Source: an uncultured Clostridia bacterium
GTDB taxonomy: Bacteria; Bacillota; Clostridia; Oscillospirales; Ruminococcaceae
NCBI GenBank assembly: GCA_947631535.1
Contig: CANRLU010000001.1
Coordinates: 19,532 to 83,531 of the forward strand
Length of the DNA: 64,000 bases
Reading direction: 5' to 3'
The notes under the pieces were generated by a model. It was not told the DNA's origin. It did not search any database and was given only the letters and a program-made list of their open reading frames with translations. Below, piece by piece: positions 1-9,622 of the stretch. The position numbers and the translations under genes were made by a program. Each line of letters begins with the position of its first letter. Within the stretch, counting starts at the first letter, position 1.

Positions 1-1
1 G

Positions 2-181
2 GGCTACAGCGGCACCGTTCCGCAGGGGATAGTCCTCGGCACCCTCGGGGAGACCTCGATAGCCTCGAACGGTCTTTCTCGGAGCGGGCTCATCACCCCG
101 ACGGTAGACCCCTATGAGCTCAAAACTGTGTTCGTCATAACCGACTTCGACGGGAAAGGCTCGGCTTATGAAGAAGAATAA
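2..181 (+). CDS. mreC: rod shape-determining protein MreC, C-terminal fragment (5' end outside window)
   Basis: Frame open from the window edge to TAA at 179-181. It translates to GYSGTVPQGIVLGTLGETSIASNGLSRSGLITPTVDPYELKTVFVITDF..., which fits the MreC C-terminal pattern (G.P.G..lG.v ... P.vd...l..V.Vi). It overlaps the next start and lies upstream of mreD-PBP2. Confidence 0.55.
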   Translation, partial: GYSGTVPQGIVLGTLGETSIASNGLSRSGLITPTVDPYELKTVFVITDFDGKGSAYEEE

Positions 182-743
182 CGGTTCAGGCGCGCCCGCG
201 CTCAAGCCGCAGGCCAAGACCGCTATAAAATGGGCGGTATTTGCGGTATTTGCGGTGTTTATGTATGCCTCCTCCACCTCGGGAGGCGCCTCGCCGAAGG
301 CGCTTTTGCTCTTCCCGTTCGCGGCGGCGGTGGCGGTGTTCGAGTCGGAGATACCCTCGGCCGTGCTCGGCTCGGTATCGGGGCTTCTGCTCGACGTTTC
401 CCTCGGTAAACTCACCGGCTTCACCGCTCTTCTGATGTGCCTTTTCTGCGCGGGGATATCTGCGCTTTTCGCGCGGCTTCTGAGAAAGAACATAGTGAAT
501 TATCTTGCGGTGTTTTCGGCCGCCGGAGGGATATATCTTTATCTCGACTACTATTTTTACTATAAAATATGGGGCTATGAGGGATACAGGCTCGTTCTGA
601 CCCACAGGCTTATCCCCTCGGCCCTGAAGACCCTTGCGTGGTCGCTGCCGGTGTTCGGTGCGGTATATGTCATCGAGCGGCTCTGCGGAAGCTCGCGCAA
701 GCCCAAACTCGAAGAGCAGGACAAGAATATCGACAGGGTATGA
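168..743 (+). CDS. mreD: rod shape-determining protein MreD (polytopic membrane protein)
   Basis: 191-aa hydrophobic ORF between the MreC fragment and PBP2. Its start overlaps the mreC stop. Assignment rests on position and membrane character. Confidence 0.55.
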   Translation: MKKNNGSGAPALKPQAKTAIKWAVFAVFAVFMYASSTSGGASPKALLLFPFAAAVAVFESEIPSAVLGSVSGLLLDVSLGKLTGFTALLMCLFCAGISALFARLLRKNIVNYLAVFSAAGGIYLYLDYYFYYKIWGYEGYRLVLTHRLIPSALKTLAWSLPVFGAVYVIERLCGSSRKPKLEEQDKNIDRV

Positions 744-766
744 CCTTTCCCGCGGGAGGGAGCAGC

Positions 767-2845
767 ATGAAACGCTTTTTTGAGATACTCAGAATAGGAG
801 CCGCGGTGGGGCTGCTTGCGCTCGCCGTTGTTTTTGCGGGCTCCAGGCTTATGAAGATTCAGGTAGTTGACGGCGCGATGTACCTTGAGATGTCGAAGTC
901 TTCAAAGACCGCCACCCAGACGGTCTCGGCTCCGCGCGGGCAGATAGTCGATTCAATGGGTCGGCCGCTCGTCGAAAACAGGGTGTCATATAACGTAGTG
1001 ATCAACGAATCCTTCTTCCCCGACAGTCTTGAAGAGCAGAACACCGTGATACTCAGGCTCACGAAGCTCCTTGAAGCCGACGGCCTTATGTGGGAGGACG
1101 GCCTGCCCGTCACCCGCGAAAAGCCCTATGAATACACCCTTGCGGCGGGTTCGCAGGAGGTAAAAAGGGTGCTCGAAAAGCTTAGGCTCGCGGGCTACGC
1201 CACCGCCGAAAACTGCGTTGACGCGCTCATAGATATGTATGAGATACCCGAAGAGTGGTCCGACGCGGAAAAACGCGCCGTCGCAGGAGTGAGATATCAG
1301 ATGATACTCGGCGACTTCTCCTCGAAAAACGACTACGTATTTATAAAGGACGTCCCGATAGAGACTGCGGCAAAAGTCAGGGAGCTCGCCTATCAGCTTT
1401 CTGGCGCGGGCGTCGTGGAGGACGCCGTCAGGGTATATAAGAGCGGCGACGTCTTCCCCCACGGGATAGGTTACGTCGGACCGATATACGCCGAAGAATA
1501 CGCCTCGCTCAAAGAGGCGGGATATCTTATAAACGACACCGTCGGGAAATCCGGCATTGAGCGCTCGATGGAGTATTACCTTCGCGGAAAGCGCGGCGAA
1601 AAGCAGATAACCGTCACGAGCGACGGCGAAATTTCTGAGGAGACTACAAAAGAGGCGGTCCCCGGGAACACAGTTATGCTCACCATCGACTCGCAGTTTC
1701 AGTCGAAGCTGCAAACCATTCTCGGCGACTTCATTCATTCCCTCGCCGACGGCACCCTCACCAAGCAGGACTACGATTTTACCGACTGCTCGGCGGGAGC
1801 GATAGTGGTTATGGACGTAAAGACCGGCGCGGTGAAGGGAATGGCGACCTATCCGAATTACGACATAAACGACCTTATTAACGACTATTCCTCGGTGCTC
1901 AACGCCGAAGGTCAGCCGCTTTACAACCGCGCGACCGACGGCCTTTACCGTCCCGGCTCGGTTATGAAGACGGTCACGGCGACGGCGGCCCTTGCCGAAG
2001 GAGTGATCACTCCGGAGGATAAATTTGCCTGCCACCGCAACTATAACTTTCTCGATATCGAGGTACACTGCACCGGCAGTCACGGCAATATAAACGTCGT
2101 CACGGCGATACAGAAGAGCTGCAACATCTTCTTCTATCAGGTGGTGCAGCAGCTCGGGCTCGACAGCCTGCTCGAATACGAAAAGGCATACGGTCTCGGC
2201 GAGGATATGGGGCTCGAAATAAAGAGCGCCGACGGCTATCTCGCCTGCCCCGATACCTTTGCCGACCTCGGACTCGAATGGACGGTCGGGCAGGTGCTCC
2301 AGGCGGCTATAGGGCAGTCGGAAGTAGGGGTCACGCCGCTTCAGATGTGCTCCTTGGCGGCGACGATCGCCAACCACGGCACAAGATATAAGCCCTATCT
2401 CGTCGATTCGGTATGGGACTACAACCGCACCGAGCAGGTGTCAAAGACGGAGCCCCAGGTCGCGGCGACGGTTGACGCCAAGCCCGACGTTTTCGACACC
2501 GTTATCGCCGGAATGAAGCTTGCCGCCGAAAACACCACTTCCGACGTTTACTACGCCACCAACGAGCAGAACGCCTATCTTTCGCAGTTCTCTCTAAATG
2601 CGCTGCCCTATCCCGCCGCGATAAAGACCGGCACTCCGCAGGCCTCGAACAAGGCCACGCAGAACTCCACCGCCGTCGGCTTCTACCCCGCCGACGACCC
2701 CGAGATAGCTTTTGCTATAGTTATAGAAAACGGCGAATATTCAAAGTATCTTGTGAGAAAAATAATCGAGGCATATTACGGCTACGAGAGCGGCGTGGAA
2801 GACCTCGGCAACGGGACGATGCGCAGTGTGGTGTTAGACCGGTGA
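767..2845 (+). CDS. mrdA: penicillin-binding protein 2 (class B transpeptidase)
   Basis: ATG at 767 is preceded by GGGAGGGAG. N-terminal TM is MKRFFEILRIGAAVGLLALAVVF. Transpeptidase motifs are present: SVMK (GSVMKTVTA), SCN (QKSCNIFF) and KTGT (AIKTGTPQ). The track ORF start at 638 lies inside mreD and is unlikely. Confidence 0.85.
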   Translation: MKRFFEILRIGAAVGLLALAVVFAGSRLMKIQVVDGAMYLEMSKSSKTATQTVSAPRGQIVDSMGRPLVENRVSYNVVINESFFPDSLEEQNTVILRLTKLLEADGLMWEDGLPVTREKPYEYTLAAGSQEVKRVLEKLRLAGYATAENCVDALIDMYEIPEEWSDAEKRAVAGVRYQMILGDFSSKNDYVFIKDVPIETAAKVRELAYQLSGAGVVEDAVRVYKSGDVFPHGIGYVGPIYAEEYASLKEAGYLINDTVGKSGIERSMEYYLRGKRGEKQITVTSDGEISEETTKEAVPGNTVMLTIDSQFQSKLQTILGDFIHSLADGTLTKQDYDFTDCSAGAIVVMDVKTGAVKGMATYPNYDINDLINDYSSVLNAEGQPLYNRATDGLYRPGSVMKTVTATAALAEGVITPEDKFACHRNYNFLDIEVHCTGSHGNINVVTAIQKSCNIFFYQVVQQLGLDSLLEYEKAYGLGEDMGLEIKSADGYLACPDTFADLGLEWTVGQVLQAAIGQSEVGVTPLQMCSLAATIANHGTRYKPYLVDSVWDYNRTEQVSKTEPQVAATVDAKPDVFDTVIAGMKLAAENTTSDVYYATNEQNAYLSQFSLNALPYPAAIKTGTPQASNKATQNSTAVGFYPADDPEIAFAIVIENGEYSKYLVRKIIEAYYGYESGVEDLGNGTMRSVVLDR

Positions 2846-2892
2846 AGAATTATGAAATTTTTGTAAAATTTTTAAAAATCTAAAAAAATACT

Positions 2893-2921
2893 TTGACAGC
2901 GCCGAAAATTTGTGATATTAT
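2893..2921 (+). promoter_or_regulatory. sigma-70-type promoter for mgsA
   Basis: TTGACA (2893-2898), 17-nt spacer, TATTAT (2916-2921), in an AT-rich intergenic region. Confidence 0.5.
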
Positions 2922-2985
2922 AGTCACACCTAATAGCACGCAATTTTCAGTATACCCGCATAAGCTTATCTTAAGGAGGATTTTT

Positions 2986-3381
2986 ATGCACATAGCACTG
3001 ATAGCGCATGACTCCAAGAAAGAGCTGATGATCCAATTCTGCATCGCATACAGCGGGATTTTGAGCAAGCACTCCCTCTGCGCGACCGGCACAACAGGAA
3101 AACAGGTTTCCGAAGCAACCGGCCTGAGCATACAGCAATACCTTACCGGCTCACAGGGCGGCTGTCAGCAGATCGGCGCCAAGATCTCCTGCAACGAGAT
3201 CGACCTTTTGCTGTTCTTCCGTGACCCGATCAACCGCAAATCCGGAGAGCCGAACGAGCACGACCTTTTAAGGCTGTGCGACGTTCACAACATCCCCCTC
3301 GCGACTAACATTGCCACCGCCGAGGCACTTATTATGGCGCTCGAGCGCGGCGACCTTGATTGGCGCGAACTGGTCAGATAG
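2986..3381 (+). CDS. mgsA: methylglyoxal synthase
   Basis: MHIALIAHDSKKELM...ATGTTG...GGCQQIGA...FFRDP...HD...LLRLCDVHNIPLATN matches MgsA over its full length. AAGGAGGA RBS 6 nt upstream of ATG 2986. Confidence 0.9.
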   Translation: MHIALIAHDSKKELMIQFCIAYSGILSKHSLCATGTTGKQVSEATGLSIQQYLTGSQGGCQQIGAKISCNEIDLLLFFRDPINRKSGEPNEHDLLRLCDVHNIPLATNIATAEALIMALERGDLDWRELVR

Positions 3382-3414
3382 ACCGTCAAATCTTTCAAGC
3401 GAGGGAAAACAGAA

Positions 3415-3646
3415 TATCTTAAAGGCTGCGAACGAGAGAGTAGCAAAGCAGGGGCAATCAAAGAGAGGACGCACGGCGGTGAAAGCGCCTTTGTCCGGCT
3501 TTTGTGAAGGACACTCGCGAGCCTCTGCGTGATCAAGCGCAGACGTATCCCGCGTTAAGGGTTAAAGTGACCGGTTTTTTCCGGTAACAAGGGTGGTACC
3601 GCGACGGCCGTCGTCCCTTTTTGCGAGGGGCAGCGGCCGCTTTTTT
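3415..3646 (+). promoter_or_regulatory. T-box riboswitch leader (probable His specifier CAC) with terminator
   Basis: Canonical T-box sequence AACAAGGGTGGTACCGCG at 3586-3603. Stem-I elements are GAGAGAGTA and AAGAGAGG, with a GGTGAAAG distal loop. GAAGGACAC holds CAC at 3512-3514. A 12-bp terminator stem (3607-3618 / 3626-3637) is followed by a T6 run. Confidence 0.8.
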
Positions 3647-3687
3647 CTGTAAAAATTTTGATTCTGAACGAAAGGATAATTTTAACT

Positions 3688-5043
3688 ATGGCTCTTAAAA
3701 TCAAACGCCCGAAGGGCACCCAGGACATTCTGCCGGCAGACATTCCGAAGTGGAGAACGGTTGAAAACCTCTCGGGAGTTGTGGCCGAGCAGTTCGGGTT
3801 CCGAGAAATACGCACCCCCGTTTTTGAGGATACGGGGCTGTTTGTCCGCTCAGTAGGCGACACCTCCGACGTCGTTACCAAGGAGATGTACACCGTTTCC
3901 TCAAAGGGTAACGACACGTTCACGCTAAGGCCCGAGGGAACGGCAGGAGTTGTCCGCGCGATGATAGAAAACGGGCTTATCCACGAAGGAGCGCCTCAAA
4001 AGGTGTATTACATTATGCCCTGCTACCGCCACGAGCGTCCGCAGGCGGGAAGGCTCAGAGAATTCCACACCTTCGGCGCCGAGATGTTCGGCTCGTCTTC
4101 GCCCTATGCCGATGCCGAAATGATCCTTATGGCACACACCATCTTTGAAAAGCTCGGCCTCGGCGGCTTCATCGAGCTGCACATCAATTCCATCGGCTGC
4201 CCCGAGTGCAGGGCAAAATACCGCGAAGCACTCAAGGCCTTCTTTGAACCTCACAGAAGCGAGCTCTGCCCCACCTGCCAGGAGCGGCTCGACAAAAATC
4301 CGCTCCGTCTTTTAGACTGCAAATCGCCGGAATGTAAGGAAATAGCCTCCGGCGCGCCGGTGATGCTCGACTACCTCTGCTCGGACTGCCGCGAGCACTT
4401 TGAGCAGCTGAAAGATATTCTTACGGACTACGGGGTGAAGTTCACCGTAGACCCAAAGATAGTCCGCGGACTGGATTATTACACCAAGACCGTATTTGAG
4501 TTCATCTCGAACGAGATAGGCGCGCAGGGTACCGTGTGCGGCGGCGGAAGATACGACAATCTCGTGGGCGAGCTCAGCGGGGCAGGCGTTCCCGCGCTCG
4601 GATTCGGCTTCGGCCTCGAACGGCTCATACTCACGCTTGAAAATCACGGAGCCGAGTTTGAAGAGGCCCCGACCTGCGATATATACCTCGCCTCGGTGGG
4701 AGAAGATTCGCGCCGCAAATGCGCACTTTTGGCCGATCAGCTCAGGCAGAGCGGCTTCGCGGCGGAATTTGACCTTGTCGGCCGCGGGATAAAGCCGCAG
4801 ATGAAGTATGCCGACAAGATAGGCGCAAAATACGTCTGCGTAATCGGCAGCGAAGAGCTCGAAAGCCTGAAGGCAAAGATAAGAAATATGAGCTCCGGCG
4901 AGGAAACGCCGATAGCTCTTGACAACTTTATAGACGAATTCTCGGAGATAGCAGACCCCGACGGCGGCGATACGGAGCCGATCTCGCATGAGGAGCTGCT
5001 CAGGCTGCTGGGAGCCGAGACGGAGTCGGAGAAAAAGGAGTAA
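3688..5043 (+). CDS. hisS: histidine--tRNA ligase
   Basis: MALKIKRPKGTQDILP..., LRPEGTAGVVRA, YRHERPQAGRLREFHTFG and GGGRYDNL are HisRS class II motifs. The start at ATG 3688 was chosen over the in-frame TTG at 3658. Confidence 0.9.
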   Translation: MALKIKRPKGTQDILPADIPKWRTVENLSGVVAEQFGFREIRTPVFEDTGLFVRSVGDTSDVVTKEMYTVSSKGNDTFTLRPEGTAGVVRAMIENGLIHEGAPQKVYYIMPCYRHERPQAGRLREFHTFGAEMFGSSSPYADAEMILMAHTIFEKLGLGGFIELHINSIGCPECRAKYREALKAFFEPHRSELCPTCQERLDKNPLRLLDCKSPECKEIASGAPVMLDYLCSDCREHFEQLKDILTDYGVKFTVDPKIVRGLDYYTKTVFEFISNEIGAQGTVCGGGRYDNLVGELSGAGVPALGFGFGLERLILTLENHGAEFEEAPTCDIYLASVGEDSRRKCALLADQLRQSGFAAEFDLVGRGIKPQMKYADKIGAKYVCVIGSEELESLKAKIRNMSSGEETPIALDNFIDEFSEIADPDGGDTEPISHEELLRLLGAETESEKKE

Positions 5044-5048
5044 CAGAA

Positions 5049-6824
5049 ATGGACAGAATGGGAAATCAAAGAAGGACACATTATTGCGCGGAGATACCGC
5101 TCGAACCCTGCGAAGTGGTGGTATGCGGATTCGTGCAGAAGATACGCGACCTCGGCAACCTCATATTCATCGACCTCAGGGACCGCACGGGAATAGTGCA
5201 GCTCGCCTTCGGCGACGATACCGACCGCGAAATATTTGAAAAGGCCCGCAGCGTGAGGAACGAATACGTTCTTATGGCTAAGGGAAACGTCTGCCCGCGC
5301 GAGAGCATAAACAGGGAGATACGCACCGGCACCGTTGAGATAAGGGTGAGCGAGCTCAAAATACTCTCAAAAGCCCAGACCACGCCTTTTGAGATAACGA
5401 ATTCCGACAAGGTAAACGACGAGCTCAAGCTCAAATACCGCTATCTCGACCTGAGAACACGCAAGCTCACCGAAAACATCGTCACCCGCCATAAGATCGC
5501 GCAGATAACCCGTCAATACTTCTATGAAAACGGTTTTCTCGAGATAGAGACCCCGATGATGATGAAGTCCACCCCCGAGGGCGCACGCGACTATCTCGTT
5601 CCCTCGCGTATCCACGACGGAAAGTTCTACGCCCTGCCGCAGTCGCCCCAGATCTATAAGCAGCTCCTTATGGTGGCCGGCTTCGACCGCTATATCCAGC
5701 TTGCGCGCTGCTTCCGCGACGAAGACCTGAGGGCCGACCGTCAGCCGGAATTTACGCAGATAGACCTTGAAATGTCGTTTGTCGATCAGACCGACATTCA
5801 GAATATGATAGAGGGCTGGGTAAAGCGCCTGTTCAGGGAGATAAAGGGCGTTGACGTAGAACTCCCGCTGCCCCGCCTCACCTTCGCCGAGGCTATGGAC
5901 CGCTACGGCTCGGACAAGCCGGATACCCGCTTCGGAATGGAGATACAAAACATATCCGACTTCGCCGCAGGCTGCGATTTCAGCGTGTTCAAAAGCGCCG
6001 TCGAAAACGGCGGGACCGTGAGGGCGATAGTCGCCAAAAACGCGGCGGCCGTCTATACCCGCAAGGAGATTGACAAGCTCGTTGAGCACGCCAAGGGCAT
6101 CGGCGCAAAGGGGCTCTCATATATCCGCTGGTCGGAAGATCAGCCCAACTGCTCGTTTGCAAAGTTCCTCAAAGAGGGCGAGCTCGATTCGCTCCTTTCA
6201 AGGCTCGGGGCTGAAAAGGGCGACGTCGTTCTCATCGCGGCAGACACGAAAAAGACCGTCTGCACCGTCCTCGGAGCGCTCCGCCTCATCGTCGCCAAGC
6301 GGCTCGACATAATTCCGAAGGATAAATTCAACTTCGTCTGGATAGTCGAAATGCCCTTCTTTGAATTCAACGACGAGACCGGAAAGTGGGAGGCGGCTCA
6401 CCACCCGTTCACGATGCCGCTCGAGGAGTGCCTTGAATATCTCGACACCGACCCCGAAAACGTCCGCGCGACGGCCTTTGACCTCGTTCTCAACGGCACC
6501 GAGCTATGCTCCGGCTCGATGAGAATAACCGACCCCGAGCTTCAGAACAAGATGTTTGAAGCGCTTGGTATGACCGACGAGGAGATAGAGGCCAAATTCG
6601 GATTCCTCGTTGACGCCTATAAATACGGCGCTCCGCCGCACGGAGGCGTAGGTCTCGGGCTCGACAGGCTCTCGATGATCCTCTGCGACGCCGACAACTT
6701 AAGGGACGTCATCGCCTTCCCGAAGGTGCAGAACGCGAGCGAGCTGATGAGCGGCTGCCCGTCGCCCGTTGACGGCAAACAGCTCGAAGAGCTGCATATA
6801 GCGACGATATCGGAAGAAGACTGA
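5049..6824 (+). CDS. aspS: aspartate--tRNA ligase (bacterial type, ~590 aa)
   Basis: Contains FIDLRDRTGIVQ, LPQSPQIYKQLLM, FRDEDLRADRQPEFTQID and GGVGLGLDRL. AAGGAG RBS 8 nt upstream. The gene starts 5 nt after the hisS stop. Confidence 0.92.
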   Translation: MDRMGNQRRTHYCAEIPLEPCEVVVCGFVQKIRDLGNLIFIDLRDRTGIVQLAFGDDTDREIFEKARSVRNEYVLMAKGNVCPRESINREIRTGTVEIRVSELKILSKAQTTPFEITNSDKVNDELKLKYRYLDLRTRKLTENIVTRHKIAQITRQYFYENGFLEIETPMMMKSTPEGARDYLVPSRIHDGKFYALPQSPQIYKQLLMVAGFDRYIQLARCFRDEDLRADRQPEFTQIDLEMSFVDQTDIQNMIEGWVKRLFREIKGVDVELPLPRLTFAEAMDRYGSDKPDTRFGMEIQNISDFAAGCDFSVFKSAVENGGTVRAIVAKNAAAVYTRKEIDKLVEHAKGIGAKGLSYIRWSEDQPNCSFAKFLKEGELDSLLSRLGAEKGDVVLIAADTKKTVCTVLGALRLIVAKRLDIIPKDKFNFVWIVEMPFFEFNDETGKWEAAHHPFTMPLEECLEYLDTDPENVRATAFDLVLNGTELCSGSMRITDPELQNKMFEALGMTDEEIEAKFGFLVDAYKYGAPPHGGVGLGLDRLSMILCDADNLRDVIAFPKVQNASELMSGCPSPVDGKQLEELHIATISEED

Positions 6825-6836
6825 TAATATAGCGCA

Positions 6837-6866
6837 AAAGCCCGACACAGGTCGGGCTTTTTGTAT
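6837..6866 (+). terminator. rho-independent terminator after aspS
   Basis: AAAGCCCGAC-ACAG-GTCGGGCTTT followed by a T-rich tail. Confidence 0.7.
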
Positions 6867-6924
6867 CGGCACAACGGCAGGCAATACCCAAAAGCGTTTT
6901 GTGCCCTGTTATCCTCCCCCCGTC

Positions 6925-6952
6925 TTGACACATCGGTTTTGCATGCTATAAT
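6925..6952 (+). promoter_or_regulatory. sigma-70-type promoter for the M48 peptidase gene
   Basis: TTGACA (6925-6930), 16-nt spacer ending in TGC (extended -10-like), TATAAT (6947-6952). Confidence 0.5.
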
Positions 6953-7000
6953 AAATATATATCACTTTATAGTGAAAAACTGCGTAAAGGAGAATGTAAA

Positions 7001-8227
7001 ATGAATTTCAAAGTTTTGGCGCTGGTGTGCTACTGCATCGTCTTCTGCTACAATATTTTTATGTCGGTCGTGGCCTACCGCTCGAAGAACAACCCCATTC
7101 CCGAGAACGTAAAAGACCTCTACGACGCCGAGACCTACTCCAAGTGGCAGGCTTACCACCGCGAAAACAGCCTTGTCCAGATCGTCTCGACTGTGGTCTC
7201 GTTCGTGATATATTTCGTGCTCATAGCGTTTGACGTCCTGCCGCTGTTCGCCGTTTCGGATAACCCCTATCTCTCTATGATAACCGTCCTGCTGTTTACG
7301 CTCACGCTCGACTCTCTCTGCGAAGCCGTTTTCAGCTACATATACTCGATGAAAATAGACGAAAAATACGGCTTCAACAAGATGACCATGAAAACCTTTA
7401 TCGCCGACAAAATAAAGTCGTACATCATTTCGACCGCACTGTTTATAGCGCTGATGAGCGTTTTCATTCTCATCTACGAGTCTCTCGGCGACTGGATACT
7501 CCTGCTCTTCACCGGCGTGCTCGTTGCGGTGCTGTTCGCAGTTATGTTTCTCAACCCGTTCTTCTCGAAGATATACAACAAGTTCACCCCGCTTGAAGAG
7601 GGTGAGCTCCGCACAAAGCTCACCGCGCTCCTTGAAAAAAACGGCTATCACGTCAGGGAGATACAGGTGATGGACGCCTCGAAGCGCACCACAAAGTCTA
7701 ACGCCTATTTTACCGGCTACGGCAGGTCGAAGACGATAGTTTTGTTCGACACCCTTATCGAAACCATGACCCCAGACGAAATAGTTGCGGTGTTTGCCCA
7801 CGAGCTCGGCCACGGGCTTCACAAAGACGTCCTGAAGAACAGCATTTTGAGCATCCTCAATATGCTCGTGCTCGTTATAATGGCTTGGCTCACCGTCAAG
7901 ACCGAGGCTATATACCCAGATTTCGGCTTTGCAGGAAGAAACTACGGCTTTGCGCTGCTTATGGTGCTTCTGGTGGAATTTCCTATCATCTCCCCTATAT
8001 TCTCGGCAGTCGTTTCGGCGGTGTCGCGCAGGGCAGAATACAGAGCCGACGCGCAGGCGGTAAAGGAGGGCTGCGGGAACGAACTCATCTCGGCTCTCAA
8101 AAAGCTTTCAAAGGACAATCTTGCCCACCTCTCGCCCTCTAAGATAGAAGTCTTCCTCACGTATTCCCACCCGCCGATAAGCCTTCGCATAGCTTCGATA
8201 GAAAAGAAAATGTCAGAGCAAGGCTGA
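7001..8227 (+). CDS. M48 family (Ste24/HtpX-like) integral membrane zinc metallopeptidase
   Basis: Multi-TM N-terminal half and an HELGH zinc motif (VFAHELGHGLHKD). C-terminal ...YSHPPISLRI is typical of M48. AAGGAG RBS. Confidence 0.8.
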   Translation: MNFKVLALVCYCIVFCYNIFMSVVAYRSKNNPIPENVKDLYDAETYSKWQAYHRENSLVQIVSTVVSFVIYFVLIAFDVLPLFAVSDNPYLSMITVLLFTLTLDSLCEAVFSYIYSMKIDEKYGFNKMTMKTFIADKIKSYIISTALFIALMSVFILIYESLGDWILLLFTGVLVAVLFAVMFLNPFFSKIYNKFTPLEEGELRTKLTALLEKNGYHVREIQVMDASKRTTKSNAYFTGYGRSKTIVLFDTLIETMTPDEIVAVFAHELGHGLHKDVLKNSILSILNMLVLVIMAWLTVKTEAIYPDFGFAGRNYGFALLMVLLVEFPIISPIFSAVVSAVSRRAEYRADAQAVKEGCGNELISALKKLSKDNLAHLSPSKIEVFLTYSHPPISLRIASIEKKMSEQG

Positions 8228-8234
8228 AAAAATT

Positions 8235-8257
8235 CCCCGCTGAAGCTTTCAGCGGGG
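8235..8257. terminator. bidirectional hairpin terminator between convergent genes
   Basis: CCCCGCTGAA-GCT-TTCAGCGGGG, flanked by A-run and T-run. Confidence 0.6.
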
Positions 8258-8262
8258 ATATT

Positions 8263-9360
8263 TTATTTACCGTTCTTTTCAAGGCTCGAAACGACTGCCC
8301 TGAACCAGTCCTTATTGCGCCAGCGGTCGAACGAGCCGTCGTCGAGACCGCAGTCGTCGATGCCGTGCAAAAGCCTCTCACAGATGCTTTCGGTCGAGTT
8401 GTGGGAGATGTTTTTCTGCGTCCATTCATGCCCCTCGCCGAAGAGCGTTCCCTTATAGGTGAATTTCTCGGGCAGGTTGTCGAAGTCTATTGCGCATTTC
8501 GCCGCCGCTTCAAGGTGGTATTTAGCCTTTTCCTCGTCGTTATGAAGGTTTGTATACAGCTTCGCGAGCCAGTAGTGCCGCGCATAAATGCGGCAGTTAT
8601 AGAATCCGTAGAACCCGTCGTCAAAGATGACGTCGGCAAGCCTTAAAAATACCTCGTGCAGCCTAATATAGTGCTCATAGTCGCCCTTGTTGAACACGCA
8701 GAGGTTATAAAGGTCATATCCCGCGAGATCGAAATATAGCAGCATATTGCCGCAGGCTTCTTTTTTGCCCTTCTCTTTGTCGCCGCTGTTGCAGTAGAGT
8801 TCGCAAAGGAGCCTGTCTGTCGTGACCCACATGCTCGGCAGGGTATTGATGAGCTTCTCGGCTTCGTCGAATCTCTCTTCATACATGAGGTTGAGCACTA
8901 AAATCTGAGTCGCGGAATTGCGCTGCGCGCTGTCGGTGGATTCGCGGAGTATCCGCTCCGCAAGCTCTATTACCTCGTCGTTTGTACCGCTCGGGCTACC
9001 GTGAAGGGTTTGCATAAGCCTTGTGAGGCATTGAAGATCGTTCGGAAATTCCGCGACCGCTCTGCGCCAGACCTCGGCACGCTTTTCGGCTTCTCCGGTA
9101 CGGTCATACCGAGAGCTTTCTGCCTCATATTCCGCGATCCTCTCGCGCTTTCTTATCTCGCCGACGCCCAGAAGGTCATCGACAGTGACGTTGTAATACG
9201 CCGCTATTCTCGGGAGCAGGCTGACGTCGGGCATCGATTCGCCGCGTTCCCATTTTGATACCGCCTGAGAGCTCACGAGCAGGAAGGAGGCGAGCTCCTC
9301 CTGAGTGTTGCCCTTTTCGGCGCGAAGCTTTTGCAGGTTCTTGTCAATGATAATATCCAT
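8263..9360 (-). CDS. XRE-family helix-turn-helix transcriptional regulator with large helical (TPR-like) C-terminal domain
   Basis: The N-terminus LQKLRAEKGNTQEELASFLLVSSQAVSKWERGESMPDVSLLPRIAAYYNVTVDDLLG is a classic Cro/C1 HTH. AAGGAG RBS. Confidence 0.75.
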   Translation of the reverse strand: MDIIIDKNLQKLRAEKGNTQEELASFLLVSSQAVSKWERGESMPDVSLLPRIAAYYNVTVDDLLGVGEIRKRERIAEYEAESSRYDRTGEAEKRAEVWRRAVAEFPNDLQCLTRLMQTLHGSPSGTNDEVIELAERILRESTDSAQRNSATQILVLNLMYEERFDEAEKLINTLPSMWVTTDRLLCELYCNSGDKEKGKKEACGNMLLYFDLAGYDLYNLCVFNKGDYEHYIRLHEVFLRLADVIFDDGFYGFYNCRIYARHYWLAKLYTNLHNDEEKAKYHLEAAAKCAIDFDNLPEKFTYKGTLFGEGHEWTQKNISHNSTESICERLLHGIDDCGLDDGSFDRWRNKDWFRAVVSSLEKNGK

Positions 9361-9622
9361 AGTGATTCTCCTTAAGATTTGAATTTTTCGAACCGGGGCC
9401 CTTGTTATGATTTGATTATAACCCGTCGGTCAGGATATTTCAATGGCGGCGTAGTTGGACTTTGGTTGTAAAATCCAACTGACAGTTGCACAACAGGGTA
9501 AAACCGGTGTAAAAATAAAACTGTTACCGATTTTTAATCATTTTTGTCTTTTCAAACCGCGAAAAATCTGATATAATTCTTTTATAAGGTTGTTTGGCCG
9601 GAAAACGGAGGTCGGTGGCATT

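Noticed and set aside
638-766. N-terminal extensions offered by the ORF track for several genes: PBP2 from 638, mgsA from 2893, pullulanase from 26440, the membrane protein to 13633, the sigma factor to 16387 and the capsid-like gene to 63900.
   Set aside because: The extensions overlap upstream genes or promoters and lack an RBS. In each case a downstream start has a good Shine-Dalgarno sequence and begins at the conserved N-terminus or signal peptide.
986-2377. 463-aa minus-strand ORF antisense to PBP2. Similar cases are 28379-29701 opposite pepV, 33527-34651 and 32294-33160 opposite the MMPL gene, 6962-7822 opposite the M48 peptidase, and 62830-63846 opposite the capsid-like gene.
   Set aside because: All of these are antisense shadows of better-supported genes. 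None has an RBS or a recognisable domain.
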